DNA of 64,000 nucleotides from Caldisericia bacterium (GCA_030018355.1 JASEFN010000002.1:46699-110698); one strand, 5' to 3'; shown: positions 10,297 through 21,310, counted from the stretch's first letter. Program-made: numbers and translations. Notes: generated by a model not told the origin, from the letters alone.

Positions 10297-10460
10297 TTTT
10301 TAAAATCTTAATCTTTATATCATAAATAAATGGTAAAATCAATAAGAGACTTTTTCAATTGTCTATGCCCATAAATAAGATAGACACATCTTTAATTTTA
10401 TTAATTAGTTAATTTATTAAAGTGATATAATTATTTAGAAATTTTTAATGGAGGTGATTA

Positions 10461-11273
10461 GTGAAAATATTTATTTCTCTTGATATGGAAGGAATTTCTG
10501 GTTTAACTTATTGGAAAGAAAGTGAAGAAAAAATAGTGAAGTTTATGACAGATGAAGTTTTAGCAGTTTTAGATGGAATAAAAGACTTTGATAAAGATAG
10601 TGAAATTGTATTATGTGATTCTCACTCTCATGGAAGAAATCTCGATATTAAAAGAATTTATGAGGATGTAAGAATAATTTCTGGTTATCCAAGAGAGTTT
10701 TATATGATTTCAGGAGTTGATGAAAGTTTTGATGCAGGAATTTTTATTGGATATCATGCACCAGTTGGATATTTAAATAGTGAAATGGATCACACTTATT
10801 CAAGTTCAACTATTTTTGAAGTTAAAATAAATGGAATTTTAGTTGGAGAGGCGGAAATTAATGGTGCTTTTCTTGGAGAATTTGATGTCCCAGTTGTTTT
10901 AATTTCTGGAGACGATAAACTTAAAAAATTTTCTTTATCTTTTTTCCCTCAAACAACTTTTGTTATAACAAAGGAGTCTCTTGGAAGATTTTCTGCTAAA
11001 CTATACCACCCAGAGTATGTTCATAAAATTTTAAGAGAAGAGACGAAAAACTCTCTTAAAAATATTAAGAGTGTAAAACCATTAAAATTTGATAAACCAA
11101 TTAATATAGAAATAACATTTGTAAATACTCTTATGGCAGAATTTGCATCTCTTATTCCAAACTCCAAAAGATTAGACGGAAGAAGAGTTTGTTTTGAATC
11201 AAATTCATATAAGGATATATATAATTTTTTGATGGCAAGTTTATCTCTTGCCTATAATGCAAAAAACTTTTAG
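10461..11273 (+). CDS. dppA: M55 family D-aminopeptidase (DppA-like)
   Basis: MKIFISLDMEGISG, DSHS, FIGYHA, HTYSS; GGAGG RBS with GTG start. Confidence 0.9.
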   Translation: MKIFISLDMEGISGLTYWKESEEKIVKFMTDEVLAVLDGIKDFDKDSEIVLCDSHSHGRNLDIKRIYEDVRIISGYPREFYMISGVDESFDAGIFIGYHAPVGYLNSEMDHTYSSSTIFEVKINGILVGEAEINGAFLGEFDVPVVLISGDDKLKKFSLSFFPQTTFVITKESLGRFSAKLYHPEYVHKILREETKNSLKNIKSVKPLKFDKPINIEITFVNTLMAEFASLIPNSKRLDGRRVCFESNSYKDIYNFLMASLSLAYNAKNF

Positions 11274-11279
11274 ATTGAG

Positions 11280-12539
11280 GTGTGTATGGATTATGACATT
11301 TTAGATATTTCTTTGAACAAAAAGGGATTAAATAAAATTCTTTGGGCAAAAGGTGAGATGAAAGTTTTAAATGAAATAAGTGAAAGATTTAAAAAAGAAA
11401 AACCATTTAAAGGCCTTAAAATAGCATGTTCACTACATATAACTTCAGAGACTGCAAATCTTGTTGTTGCCTTAAAAGAAGGAGGCGCAGAAGTTTTTTT
11501 GTGTGCTTCAAATCCACTTTCCACAAAAGATGATGTTGCAGCATCTCTTGTTAAAGATTTTGGAATACCTGTTTTTGGAATAAGAGGAGAGGATAAAGAG
11601 AAATATTTTAACCATATTGAAAAAGTTATTTTAATAGAACCAGATTTAACAGTTGACGATGGAGGTGATTTAACTGTTATTCTTCATGAGAAATTTAAAT
11701 ATTTAACCCAAAAAATAATCGGAGGAACCGAGGAGACAACAACAGGGGTAATTAGATTAAAAAGTATGGAAAGAGAAAAACTTCTTGCCTATCCTATCAT
11801 TGCTGTAAATAATGCAAAAACAAAGAGATTTTTTGATAATAGATTTGGAACTGGACAATCGACAATTGATGGTTTGCTTAGAGCAACAAACATCCTTCTT
11901 TCAAGTAAAACTTTAGTTGTTATAGGTTTTGGTTTTTGTGGAAAAGGAATTGCTGAGAGAGCAAGAGGAATGGGTGCTCATGTTATTGTATGTGAAGTTG
12001 ACCCAATAAAAGCACTTGAAGCATATATGGAAGGTTATGATGTTATGAAGATTGAGAAATCTCTTCTTTATGGAGACATATTTATAACTGCAACAGGCAA
12101 TAAAAATGTTATAACAAAAGAACACATTTTAAAGATGAAAGATGGTGCAATTCTTGGGAATTCTGGACACTTCAATGTTGAAATTGATGTAGAAGGTTTA
12201 AATGAAATTAGTATTGAAAAAAAAGAAATAAGAGATAATTTAACTGAACATAAATTGATAAATGGTAAAAAAGTTTATCTTATATCTCATGGAAGACTTA
12301 TGAATCTTGGAGCAGCAGAAGGGCACCCATCATCAGTTATGGATATGAGTTTTGCAAATCAAGCACTTTCTCTTGAATATCTTTTAAAAAACAAAGGAGT
12401 TCTCCAAAATAAGGTATATGATGTTCCTCAAGAAATTGATAAAGAAGTTGCTAAAATTAAACTTAAAACACTCGGGATTGAAATAGATAGTTTAACAGAA
12501 GAGCAAGAAAAATATCTTATGAGTTGGAAAATTGATTAA
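11280..12539 (+). CDS. ahcY: Adenosylhomocysteinase
   Basis: SLHITSETA, DDGGD, EETTTG, FDNRFGTGQS, GRLMNLGAAEGHP; start may be ATG 11286. Confidence 0.96.
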   Translation: MCMDYDILDISLNKKGLNKILWAKGEMKVLNEISERFKKEKPFKGLKIACSLHITSETANLVVALKEGGAEVFLCASNPLSTKDDVAASLVKDFGIPVFGIRGEDKEKYFNHIEKVILIEPDLTVDDGGDLTVILHEKFKYLTQKIIGGTEETTTGVIRLKSMEREKLLAYPIIAVNNAKTKRFFDNRFGTGQSTIDGLLRATNILLSSKTLVVIGFGFCGKGIAERARGMGAHVIVCEVDPIKALEAYMEGYDVMKIEKSLLYGDIFITATGNKNVITKEHILKMKDGAILGNSGHFNVEIDVEGLNEISIEKKEIRDNLTEHKLINGKKVYLISHGRLMNLGAAEGHPSSVMDMSFANQALSLEYLLKNKGVLQNKVYDVPQEIDKEVAKIKLKTLGIEIDSLTEEQEKYLMSWKID

Positions 12540-12547
12540 AAATAAAA

Positions 12548-12622
12548 TGGTGGCCCCAGGCGGAATCGAACCGCCATTGCCGCCTTGAAAGAGCGGTGTC
12601 CTAACCGTTAGACGATGAGGCC
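12548..12622 (-). tRNA. tRNA-Glu(TTC)
   Basis: Cloverleaf GGCCTCA...CCGCT-CTTTCAA-GGCGG...GGTTCGATTCC...TGGGGCCA-CCA. Confidence 0.95.
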
Positions 12623-12626
12623 ACCA

Positions 12627-12702
12627 TGGTGAGCCGCGCAGGAATCGAACCTGCGACACCCGGCTTAAAAGGCCGGTGCTCTACCGACTGAGCTAGCGGC
12701 CC
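12627..12702 (-). tRNA. tRNA-Lys(TTT)
   Basis: GGGCCGCTAGCTCAGTCGGTAGAGCA-CCGGC-CTTTTAA-GCCGG...GGTTCGATTCC...CCA. Confidence 0.96.
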
Positions 12703-12713
12703 AATTCATTTTA

Positions 12714-12741
12714 ATTTTACAAATTATTAAAAATATGTCAA
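12714..12741 (-). promoter_or_regulatory. Sigma70-type promoter for tRNA-Lys/tRNA-Glu
   Basis: TTGACA (12741-12736), 16-nt spacer, TAAAAT (12719-12714) just upstream of tRNA-Lys. Confidence 0.7.
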
Positions 12742-12832
12742 GAGATTTTTAATTTAATCTAATTATTGTGAAATGATAAAGTAGTTAATTTTATTTTTAT
12801 AAGAGTAATATAAACTGAAGATTTAAGATGGA

Positions 12833-13501
12833 TTAATATCTTGGTTTATGGGGGTTTGTCTTTATAAGTTTTCCCTCAAAAGCGTAAATTGCTCTTTCGC
12901 ATAAATTTGTTATGTGATCTCCGATTCTTTCATAATGTTGACTTATTTGAAGTAAAGCATTTGCTCTTTTTATGTTTTTTGGATCTTCGAGCATATATGT
13001 TAATAGTTCTCTAAAAATTTGTGAGTTCAAATCATCTAAAATATCATCATCTTCAATTGTTATTCTACATAATTCAGTGTCTTTTTCTAAAAATCCTTTA
13101 ATTGCATTATCAAGCATTTTAATACAAATATCTTTCATTCTTGGCAAATCAATTAAAGGTTTTAAATGTGGCTCATCTGCGATTGTCATTGTTATTTCTG
13201 CTATATCAACACAGTGATCAGCCATCCTTTCAAGATCTATATTGTCAAAGAGGATTGCACTTATTACTCTCAGGCTCTCTGCTTTTGGGTCTTGTGTTGC
13301 AATTACTTGAAGAGCCTCTTTTTCAAGTTCAATTGATTTTTCATCAATCAAATCATCCCTATCGATAACTTCTTTACACAAATTTTTATCTCTTTCTTTT
13401 AATCCTATAAAAGATTTTTCCATTTGATCTCTCACAAGAAGTGAGAGATTAACTAATTTCTCTTTTAAATCTAAAATTTTTTTATCTAAGATTTCACTCA
13501 T
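12833..13501 (-). CDS. phoU: Phosphate signalling protein PhoU
   Basis: DLERMADH and ERIGDHITNLCE repeats; downstream of pstB. Confidence 0.95.
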   Translation of the reverse strand: MSEILDKKILDLKEKLVNLSLLVRDQMEKSFIGLKERDKNLCKEVIDRDDLIDEKSIELEKEALQVIATQDPKAESLRVISAILFDNIDLERMADHCVDIAEITMTIADEPHLKPLIDLPRMKDICIKMLDNAIKGFLEKDTELCRITIEDDDILDDLNSQIFRELLTYMLEDPKNIKRANALLQISQHYERIGDHITNLCERAIYAFEGKLIKTNPHKPRY

Positions 13502-13516
13502 TCACTTTTACTCCTT

Positions 13517-14275
13517 TCATCCAATTTTTCCTAAAAGATACTCTTCTGTTTTTTTATTTTTTGGTACTGTAAAGAGATCCGTTGTTTTTCCATACTCAAT
13601 AAGTTCACCAAGATAAAAGAAAGCAGTATAATCAGAAACTCTACCTGCCTGTCCAATATTATGAGTTACTAAAATAATTGTAACACTTTTTTTAAGTTCA
13701 ATCATTAATTCCTCAATTCTAAGAGTTGAAATTGGATCAAGCGCAGATGTTGGTTCATCTAATAGTAAAATTTCTGGATTCATTGCAAGTGCTCTTGCTA
13801 TACATAATCTTTGTTGTTGTCCTCCAGAAAGAAATACTCCTCTTTTAAAAAGATTATCTTTAACTTCATCCCAAAGTCCACTTTTTTTAAGAGAATCTTC
13901 AACAATTCTATCCTTTTCTTCTTTTGAGAGTTTAATTCCTGTTAAAATATATCCTGCAATTACATTATCATAAATAGACATTGTGGGAAAGGGATTTGGT
14001 TTTTGAAAAACCATTCCTATTTTTTGTCTTACAATCATAGGATCCATTTTATATATATCTTCTCCATTTAAAAGAATTTCACCCTCAACTTTTGCATTAG
14101 GCACAAGTTCGTGTAACCTATTTAAACATCTAATAAAAGTTGTTTTACCACAACCAGATGGTCCTAAAATTGAGGTTATTTTATTTTTATAGATATCTAA
14201 ATTAATTTCATTTAAAACTTTATTATCTCCAAAATATGCTGATAGGTTTTTAATAGATAATATTACATTTTCCAT
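13517..14275 (-). CDS. pstB: Phosphate ABC transporter ATPase
   Basis: [43 protein letters not shown]. Confidence 0.96.
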   Translation of the reverse strand: MENVILSIKNLSAYFGDNKVLNEINLDIYKNKITSILGPSGCGKTTFIRCLNRLHELVPNAKVEGEILLNGEDIYKMDPMIVRQKIGMVFQKPNPFPTMSIYDNVIAGYILTGIKLSKEEKDRIVEDSLKKSGLWDEVKDNLFKRGVFLSGGQQQRLCIARALAMNPEILLLDEPTSALDPISTLRIEELMIELKKSVTIILVTHNIGQAGRVSDYTAFFYLGELIEYGKTTDLFTVPKNKKTEEYLLGKIG

Positions 14276-15111
14276 TTCTTCTCTAAAGCCCTTCCTATTA
14301 AATTAATAGATAATACAATTATAATCAAAATGATCGAGGCTGCAAATGCTTGATTGTGCCACTCCTTATATGGACTTGTTGCATAAACAAAAATTACATA
14401 TGGAATTGTACTCATTGGTTTAAAAATATTTAAATTTAAGAATTGATTTCCAAAAGCAGTAAATAAAAGCGGAGCAGTTTCTCCCATAATTCTTGAAATA
14501 CCAAGAAGTATTCCTGTAAAAATTCCAACAAAACCATAAGGTAAAAGAATTTTTAAAACTACCCTATAATATGGAGCACCAAGTGCAATTGCACCTTCTT
14601 TTATCTCTTGAGGCACCATATTTAAAATTTCTTCTGTCGATTTGATAATTATTGGCAGCATCATAATTGCAAGTGCTATACTTCCTGAAATTGCAGAAAA
14701 GTGTTTTAGTGGTTTAACAATCCAAATATAACCTATTATACCTATTACAATAGATGGTATACCTTGAAGCGTATCGATTAAAATTTTAACAACTTCACTA
14801 AATTTTGTCTCTTTGTATTCTGATAGAAAAACTCCAACAATAATTCCAATTGGAATTGAAATTAATGCTGCAATTCCAACTATTATAAAACTACCAATAA
14901 TTGCATTAAAAATTCCACCGCCAGCTTCTCCCATTGGTTTAGGAAGAGAAGTTATAAATCTTAAGGAAAGATATCTAAAACCCCTTATAGAAACAAAATA
15001 AATTATAAGGAAAAGAGGAATTATAGAGATAAAAGTAAGAATTGTTACAAATTTTTTAAATATTTTATCTTTTATGACCCTTTTTTTATTAATATAATCA
15101 AGTTTATTCAT
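14263..15111 (-). CDS. pstA: Phosphate ABC transporter permease
   Basis: [20 protein letters not shown]. Confidence 0.94.
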   Translation of the reverse strand: MNKLDYINKKRVIKDKIFKKFVTILTFISIIPLFLIIYFVSIRGFRYLSLRFITSLPKPMGEAGGGIFNAIIGSFIIVGIAALISIPIGIIVGVFLSEYKETKFSEVVKILIDTLQGIPSIVIGIIGYIWIVKPLKHFSAISGSIALAIMMLPIIIKSTEEILNMVPQEIKEGAIALGAPYYRVVLKILLPYGFVGIFTGILLGISRIMGETAPLLFTAFGNQFLNLNIFKPMSTIPYVIFVYATSPYKEWHNQAFAASIILIIIVLSINLIGRALEKKWKM

Positions 15112-15113
15112 AT

Positions 15114-15977
15114 TTAAAATGTAACCTTTCTTATAATGACTCTTCCTAAAATATTAATTAAAACAGAAATAATAAATAGTATTAAACCTATTTCAATTAA
15201 TGAGGAAAGATGTAATATAGAGGTTGCTTCTGTAAATTCATTTGCTATTAAACTTGCCATAGTTTGTCCAGGAGAAAATATGCTTTTTGGAATTCTATTT
15301 GCATTTCCTATTACCATTGTAACAGCCATTGTTTCTCCAAAAGCCCTTCCAAATGAAAGAAGAAATCCACCAAAAATTCCTTTAAATGATGTTGGAATTA
15401 AAATTCCTTTTATAACTTCAAACTCTGTTGCACCAAGTGAAATTGCTCCTTCTTTTACCTCTATTGGAACAAGAGATAATACTTCCTTTCCTATTGATGC
15501 AGAATATGGAATTATCATAATTGAAAGAATAAGAGAAGCGGTAAAAATTCCAACTCCAATTGGTTGAATTCCTAATTTTGCTTGAATGTTTCTTATAATA
15601 GGTGCTAAAATAAAAAGACCCCATAATCCAACTATTACAGATGGTATTCCTGCAATTAATTCAATAAGAGTTTGAAGTAATTTTGATATTGTTCTATTTT
15701 TTAATAATTCTGAAAGATAAATAGAGATTGAAAGCGAGAAAGGTATAGTAATTAAAAGAGATATAAATGAAGTTAAAAGTGTTCCAATAATAAATGGAAC
15801 TGCTCCAAATTTTAGGTTGACAGGGTCCCACTCTTTTGTGAACAAAAAGCGTATTCCATATTCTTTAAGAGAAGAAATTGAAGAGAAGACAAGAGATAGG
15901 AAAATTGCTGAGAGTAAAATTACCATTAAAAATCCACCTGAAATTAAAATTATTTTAAAGACCCTGTCAACCTTCAT
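15114..15977 (-). CDS. pstC: Phosphate ABC transporter permease
   Basis: AGIPSVIVGLWG, GRAFGETMAVTMVIGN, IANEF. Confidence 0.95.
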   Translation of the reverse strand: MKVDRVFKIILISGGFLMVILLSAIFLSLVFSSISSLKEYGIRFLFTKEWDPVNLKFGAVPFIIGTLLTSFISLLITIPFSLSISIYLSELLKNRTISKLLQTLIELIAGIPSVIVGLWGLFILAPIIRNIQAKLGIQPIGVGIFTASLILSIMIIPYSASIGKEVLSLVPIEVKEGAISLGATEFEVIKGILIPTSFKGIFGGFLLSFGRAFGETMAVTMVIGNANRIPKSIFSPGQTMASLIANEFTEATSILHLSSLIEIGLILFIISVLINILGRVIIRKVTF

Positions 15978-15994
15978 ATCTCTACCTTATTATA

Positions 15995-17062
15995 CTATTT
16001 AACCTCTTTTCCATCAAATGTTATACTTTTAATATTTTCTACGTTAATTTTTCTAACTGCTTCCGGAATTTTTGCATAAAGAAGTTGTTCATTAATCTCT
16101 TGAGCTTCTTCACTATTCATCCATTTTAATAATTCAACAAGTGCTTTTACTCTATTGTAGTTTCTTCCACCATAATTTTGTTCTTTATAGACAATAATCC
16201 AAGTGAAACTTGATATAGGATATCCATCTGGGTTATCTGTATCAGTAATTGAAACTTTTGTATGTTTTGGAAGAGAAACATTAGCAGAGGCAGAAATTGA
16301 TTTTAAATTTGCATCAACAAATTTACCAGATTTATTTTTGATCATAGCATATTGCATACCATTTTGTTCTGCATAAATAAGTTCAACATATCCTATGGCA
16401 CCTAATGTTTGTTGAACTATACCCGCAACTCCAGGATTTCCTTTTCCACCTAAACCAACTTTCCAATTTAGAGATTTTCCGACCCCCATTTCTTTTTTCC
16501 AAGATTCACTAACTTTTGAAAGATAATCACTAAAAACATATGTTGTTCCACTTCCATCAGATCTATGAGCAACTGTTATATCTAAATTGGGTAATGTAAC
16601 TTCTGGATTAAGAGATTGAATTCGTGGATCATTCCATTTTGTTATTTTTCCCATAAATATATCAGCAACAACATCACCTGTAAGTTTTAATTTTGGATTA
16701 TTAGGTAGATTATAAGTTACAACAACTGCACCAAGCGCAACAGGAATATGAATTACTTCTGCTCCTGCTCTTTTCTCTTCATCTTCATTCATTGGAGCAT
16801 CTGATGCACCAAAATCAACAACTTTTTCAATTAATTGTTGAATACCACCACCTGAACCTATTCCTTGATAATTAACTTTAACTAAACCATTTGTCTTTGT
16901 GTAATAATAATCAAACCATTTTATATAAAGTGGTTGAGGAAATGTTGCTCCTGCTCCCAAAAGTTCAACAGGCTCACTCTTTCCTTCTTTTTTACAAGCA
17001 GTTAGAGAAATGAGTGATACTACCAAACCTAAAATAATGATGCTTAAAACAAACTTTTTCAT
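15995..17062 (-). CDS. pstS: Phosphate-binding lipoprotein
   Basis: Lipobox LTAC; GAGATFP, GSGGG, DFGASD, RSDGSGTT. Confidence 0.96.
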   Translation of the reverse strand: MKKFVLSIIILGLVVSLISLTACKKEGKSEPVELLGAGATFPQPLYIKWFDYYYTKTNGLVKVNYQGIGSGGGIQQLIEKVVDFGASDAPMNEDEEKRAGAEVIHIPVALGAVVVTYNLPNNPKLKLTGDVVADIFMGKITKWNDPRIQSLNPEVTLPNLDITVAHRSDGSGTTYVFSDYLSKVSESWKKEMGVGKSLNWKVGLGGKGNPGVAGIVQQTLGAIGYVELIYAEQNGMQYAMIKNKSGKFVDANLKSISASANVSLPKHTKVSITDTDNPDGYPISSFTWIIVYKEQNYGGRNYNRVKALVELLKWMNSEEAQEINEQLLYAKIPEAVRKINVENIKSITFDGKEVK

Positions 17063-17109
17063 AAAAAACCTCCTAAAAAGTTTTTCACAATTTTATTTTT
17101 CCATTATTT

Positions 17110-17148
17110 TGTTAATTAAAATTAATTTTTTTGTTAATTTTCTGTTAA
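17110..17148 (-). promoter_or_regulatory. Pho box (PhoP binding site) upstream of pstS
   Basis: TTAACA at 17143-17148, 17132-17137 and 17110-17115 in 11-bp phase (B. subtilis-type TT(A/T/C)ACA-N5); TAAAAT -10 at 17090-17095. Confidence 0.75.
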
Positions 17149-18861
17149 TTTTTGAGGAAGTGTAATTTTAAATTTTGTCCCTTTTCCTAATTCACTCTCT
17201 ACTTCAATTTTACCTTTATGAAGAATAATTATATGTTTAACAATTGAAAGACCTAAACCTGTTCCTCCACTTTTTCTTGATCTTGATTTATCAACAACAT
17301 AAAATCTTTCAAAAATTCTATTTAAACTCTCTTTTGGAATTCCAATTCCACTGTCTTCAATTTCAAAATATGCATTTTCCATATCTTTATAAAAACTAAT
17401 TTTTATATATCCACTATCTGTATAATTTATTGCATTATCAATTAAATTAATTAAAACTTGCTCAATCTTAAACTCATCCCCTAAAATGGTAGTATCTTTA
17501 GTTTTTATATCTAATATAAGATCAAGACCTTTATTTTTAATTTTTTCTTCAAAAATTTTTAGAATATTTTGAAGAGTTTTTTTGAAATCAAATTCTTTCA
17601 TCTCAATTTCTTTTTTTTCTTCAAGTTTTGAAAGAGTTAAAAGATCATTAATAATATTTATCATTCTGTCTATGTTTCTTTTTATTATTTCAATATATTT
17701 TTTATTTTTTACTTCATTTTCTATTGTTTCTATAAAGCCCTTTATTACAGTTATTGGTGTTTTCAATTCATGTGATGCATCTTTAACAAAATCTCTTTTA
17801 ATTTCCTCAAACTTTTTAATAGATGTTATATCAAAAATTGTAAAGATTCTCTCCTTTGTTTTATCAATTAGACTTTTTGATATTAAATAAAACCCATTTA
17901 ATTTTTCAAACTCTTTTTTCTCAAAAAAATCTCTTTTTAAACCATTTTCAATAAAGGTAAGAATATCCAAATCTTTAATTATTGACCAATAATATTTATT
18001 AATAAAGTTTTTTTCATTAAAAAACTCCTCAAATTTTTTATTTGCAAATGTTATTATACCTTGCTGATCAACAACAAATATAACTTCGTCTGTTGAAGTG
18101 AGAATTGAGTTTAACCTGTCCTTATTAATATCAACTTGATCTAATAAATTCTCTATTTTTTCTCCAAGTATATTTATATTTTCATCGATCTCTTTAAATT
18201 CTTCATTTTTTAATATAATTTTATCTTTAAATTCTCCTTTGATAATTTTTGAAATTTTTAAATTTATAAGATTAAGAGATTCTCTAATTTTTTTTGAATA
18301 GAGATATAAAATATAAAAACCAATTAGAAAAGAGATAATTGAAATTGTTGTTATTTCAGAAATTAGGGTGAATATAACCCTATTTAATTCTTTTAATGAT
18401 AAACTTGTTCTGATTACTACCTTTTTATTATCAATATTAATTGGAACAGCTATATAAAGCATATCTTCATTTGTTGTTGTTGAAAATCTTATTGATTTTC
18501 CTATTTTTTCATTTAATGCTTCTATAACTTCAGGTCTACTTTTATGATTATCCATAAATTCTATATTGAAAATTGAATCACCTAAAACAACTCCATTTTC
18601 ATCTATTATTGTTATTCTATATCCCTCTAAAATTTTTATGCTTTTTATAAAACTATCAATTTCATTAATTCTATTTTCTTTATGAAATTTTTTTATCTCT
18701 TCAGAAATTGAATTAGCAATCATTATTAAATTTAATTCATAACTTTTAATAAACTCTCTTCTTATATAAAATGTAGATACTGAAATAATAAAAATAAAAG
18801 AGATGAGAAGTGATATTAAAATTTGTCTTATTAATCTTTTCTCTAAATTACTCCTCTTCAA
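17134..18861 (-). CDS. phoR: Phosphate regulon sensor histidine kinase
   Basis: Two TM segments, MDNHKSRPEV sensor motif, PAS, DASHELKTP H-box, NLIDNA, GGTGLGL. Confidence 0.92.
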   Translation of the reverse strand: MKRSNLEKRLIRQILISLLISFIFIISVSTFYIRREFIKSYELNLIMIANSISEEIKKFHKENRINEIDSFIKSIKILEGYRITIIDENGVVLGDSIFNIEFMDNHKSRPEVIEALNEKIGKSIRFSTTTNEDMLYIAVPINIDNKKVVIRTSLSLKELNRVIFTLISEITTISIISFLIGFYILYLYSKKIRESLNLINLKISKIIKGEFKDKIILKNEEFKEIDENINILGEKIENLLDQVDINKDRLNSILTSTDEVIFVVDQQGIITFANKKFEEFFNEKNFINKYYWSIIKDLDILTFIENGLKRDFFEKKEFEKLNGFYLISKSLIDKTKERIFTIFDITSIKKFEEIKRDFVKDASHELKTPITVIKGFIETIENEVKNKKYIEIIKRNIDRMINIINDLLTLSKLEEKKEIEMKEFDFKKTLQNILKIFEEKIKNKGLDLILDIKTKDTTILGDEFKIEQVLINLIDNAINYTDSGYIKISFYKDMENAYFEIEDSGIGIPKESLNRIFERFYVVDKSRSRKSGGTGLGLSIVKHIIILHKGKIEVESELGKGTKFKITLPQKLTEN

Positions 18862-19525
18862 ATTTATATCCTACTCCTCTTACATTTTTTATATAACTTC
18901 CAAAATTTTTTAATTTATCTCTCAAGTGTTTTATATGTACATCTATTGTCCTGTCTATAACTATTTTATCCATTCCCCATAATATATCAAGAAGTTCATC
19001 TCTTGTAAGAACTTCCCCCTTTCTTTTATATAAAGTAAGCAAAATATTAAATTCAGTTTTTGTTAAATTTATCTCTTCATTATCTATATAAACTTCATAT
19101 TTCTTCGGATAAATTATGAAATTTTCATTTATTACTATTTTCTCTTCATCTTGTTTAGATTTTGCCCTTCTTAATAGTGCTTTAACTCTTGCAATTAATT
19201 CTCTTACTGAAAATGGTTTGACTATATAATCATCACCACCAATCTCAAAGCCAACTATTTTATCTATTTCACTCCCTTTTGCTGTTAATATTATTATTGG
19301 AGTTTGCGGTGATCTGTTTTTTATTAATTTTATTAACTCAAAGCCATCAATATCTGGAAGCATAAGATCAATTATCATAAGATCAAAATTCTCTTTTTCA
19401 ACCCATTTTAGAGCACTTTCACCATTTTCAAAAAGAAAAGTTTTATAACCAGAATTTTTTAAGTTTATATCAATTAGTTCTAAAATATCTTTTTCATCAT
19501 CAACAATTCCAATTTTTTCATTCAT
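18848..19525 (-). CDS. phoP: OmpR-family response regulator (PhoP/PhoB)
   Basis: VDDE, DLMLP, KPFS, RTIDVHIKHLR, VRGVGY; next to phoR-pst. Confidence 0.9.
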   Translation of the reverse strand: MNEKIGIVDDEKDILELIDINLKNSGYKTFLFENGESALKWVEKENFDLMIIDLMLPDIDGFELIKLIKNRSPQTPIIILTAKGSEIDKIVGFEIGGDDYIVKPFSVRELIARVKALLRRAKSKQDEEKIVINENFIIYPKKYEVYIDNEEINLTKTEFNILLTLYKRKGEVLTRDELLDILWGMDKIVIDRTIDVHIKHLRDKLKNFGSYIKNVRGVGYKFEEE

Positions 19526-19570
19526 ATTCTTAATAAAATTATATAATTTCTTTATGCTAAAATTTAAAAT

Positions 19571-20317
19571 ATGTATAAGGATTTAGAAATATTAAAACAA
19601 CTGATTGAAAATTCAAATAATATTGTATCTCTCACTGGCGCAGGGATTTCAACAAATGCAGGAATTCCAGATTTTAGAGGTCCTATGGGAATATATACAA
19701 CAAAAAGATATGATCCAGATAAGACTTTTGATATAAATTATTTTTTTGTTTATCCAGAATACTTTTATGATTTTGCAAGGGATTTTTTATCTCTTCTTGA
19801 AAAAGCAATTCCCACCTTTACTCATAAATTTTTAGCAAAACTTGAAAGAGTAGGAAAATTAAAAGGAGTAATAACTCAAAATATTGATATGTTACATGAG
19901 AGGTCAGGAAATAAAATTGTATTGACTCTTCATGGTTCAATTGAGAAATCTTTCTGTGTAAGTTGTGGTAAAGAATATTCTCTTAGTGAGATGAAAGAGA
20001 AATTAAAATTTCAAAAAGTTCCAAAATGTGATTTATGTGAAGGATTAATAAAACCAAATATTGTTTTTTTTGGAGAAAGTGTGCACCATTTTGATGAAGC
20101 GGTTGAACTTGTTAAAAAATGTGATCTTCTTCTTGTTATTGGAACAAGTTTAAAAGTTTATCCTGCCTCTCTTTTGCCTCAATTTACAAATGGAAAAGTT
20201 GTTATTATTAATAAAGGAGATGTTTCATTAAAAAATGTTAAATATGATCTCTATATAAACTCAGATATTGATGAAGTTTTTAAAGAGTTAGATAAAATTT
20301 TGAACTTGGAGGTTTAA
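19571..20317 (+). CDS. cobB: NAD-dependent protein deacylase (sirtuin)
   Basis: TGAGIS...GIPDFRG, TQNID, LHGS, two CxxC, GTSLKVYP. Confidence 0.93.
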   Translation: MYKDLEILKQLIENSNNIVSLTGAGISTNAGIPDFRGPMGIYTTKRYDPDKTFDINYFFVYPEYFYDFARDFLSLLEKAIPTFTHKFLAKLERVGKLKGVITQNIDMLHERSGNKIVLTLHGSIEKSFCVSCGKEYSLSEMKEKLKFQKVPKCDLCEGLIKPNIVFFGESVHHFDEAVELVKKCDLLLVIGTSLKVYPASLLPQFTNGKVVIINKGDVSLKNVKYDLYINSDIDEVFKELDKILNLEV

Positions 20318-20318
20318 T

Positions 20319-20759
20319 ATGATTGAAGAGAGAATTAAAGAACTTGGCCTTTCTTTACCAGAACCAACAAAACCAGTTGGTTCTTATATTCCATGTAAAA
20401 GAGTTGGAAATATACTTTTTCTTTCTGGTGTTATTTCTGAGAAAAAAGGAAAATTAGGAGAAAATTTAACAGTAGAAGAGGGATATGAAGAGAGTAAAAA
20501 GGTTCTTTTAAAACTCCTCGCAAATTTAAAAAATGAGATTGGAACTCTTGATAAAGTAAAAGAGATAATAAAGGTAGAGGGATTTGTTTCATCAAATGAT
20601 GACTTTTTTGATCAACCAAAAGTTATAAATGGCGCAAGCGATCTTCTTTTCCAAATTTTTGGAGAGAAAGGAAAACACTCAAGAGTTGCTATAGGAGTAA
20701 AAAATTTGCCATTAAATGCTGCAATTGAAATATCAATGATTGTGGAGGTCTATGAATGA
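20319..20759 (+). CDS. RidA/YjgF family protein
   Basis: P.PVGSY, NGASDLL..IFGEKGKHSRVAIG..LPLNAAIEI. Confidence 0.88.
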   Translation: MIEERIKELGLSLPEPTKPVGSYIPCKRVGNILFLSGVISEKKGKLGENLTVEEGYEESKKVLLKLLANLKNEIGTLDKVKEIIKVEGFVSSNDDFFDQPKVINGASDLLFQIFGEKGKHSRVAIGVKNLPLNAAIEISMIVEVYE

Positions 20760-21310
20760 ATAGAGAAGAGGCAATTAATTTAATTAAAGAAAAATTACAA
20801 GATGTAAATTTGGTAAACCACTCGCTTGCAGTTGGCGCAATAATGAAGGGAGTTGCAAAATTCCTTGGACAAGACGAGAAAAGATGGGAGTTGTGTGGAA
20901 TTTTACATGATATTGATTATTCTGAAACAAAGGATGATCCAAATAATCACTCTTTGGTTGGAGGTGAAATTTTAAAATCGATGGGTTTTGACGATGAATT
21001 TGTTAATGCAGTTAAATCTCATAATGAAATACATGGAATTCCAAGAGAATCTCTTCTTGCAAAGGCTCTTTTTGCAGCAGATCCACTTTCTGGTTTAATT
21101 GTTGCAACTGCTCTTGTTATGCCTGATAAAAAACTTATGAGTGTTAAAGCAAGTTCAGTTATGAAAAAGTTTAAAACAAAAGAGTTTGCAAGAGGTGCAA
21201 ATAGAGAACACATTAAAACTTGTGAAAGTGAACTTAATATTCCACTTGAAAAATTTATTGAAATTGCTCTTGATGCTATGAAAGAAATAGGAAGCGAAAT
21301 TGGACTTTGA
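20756..21310 (+). CDS. HD/HDIG domain metal-dependent hydrolase
   Basis: NHSLAV, GILHDIDY, SHN, DPLSGLI, FARGANR. Confidence 0.85.
   Translation: MNREEAINLIKEKLQDVNLVNHSLAVGAIMKGVAKFLGQDEKRWELCGILHDIDYSETKDDPNNHSLVGGEILKSMGFDDEFVNAVKSHNEIHGIPRESLLAKALFAADPLSGLIVATALVMPDKKLMSVKASSVMKKFKTKEFARGANREHIKTCESELNIPLEKFIEIALDAMKEIGSEIGL

Noticed and set aside
19571..20317. Sir2-HerA anti-phage system from cobB plus the HerA-like ATPase
   Set aside because: This is a classical Zn-ribbon deacylase about 27 kb away from the ATPase, not an adjacent defence SIR2
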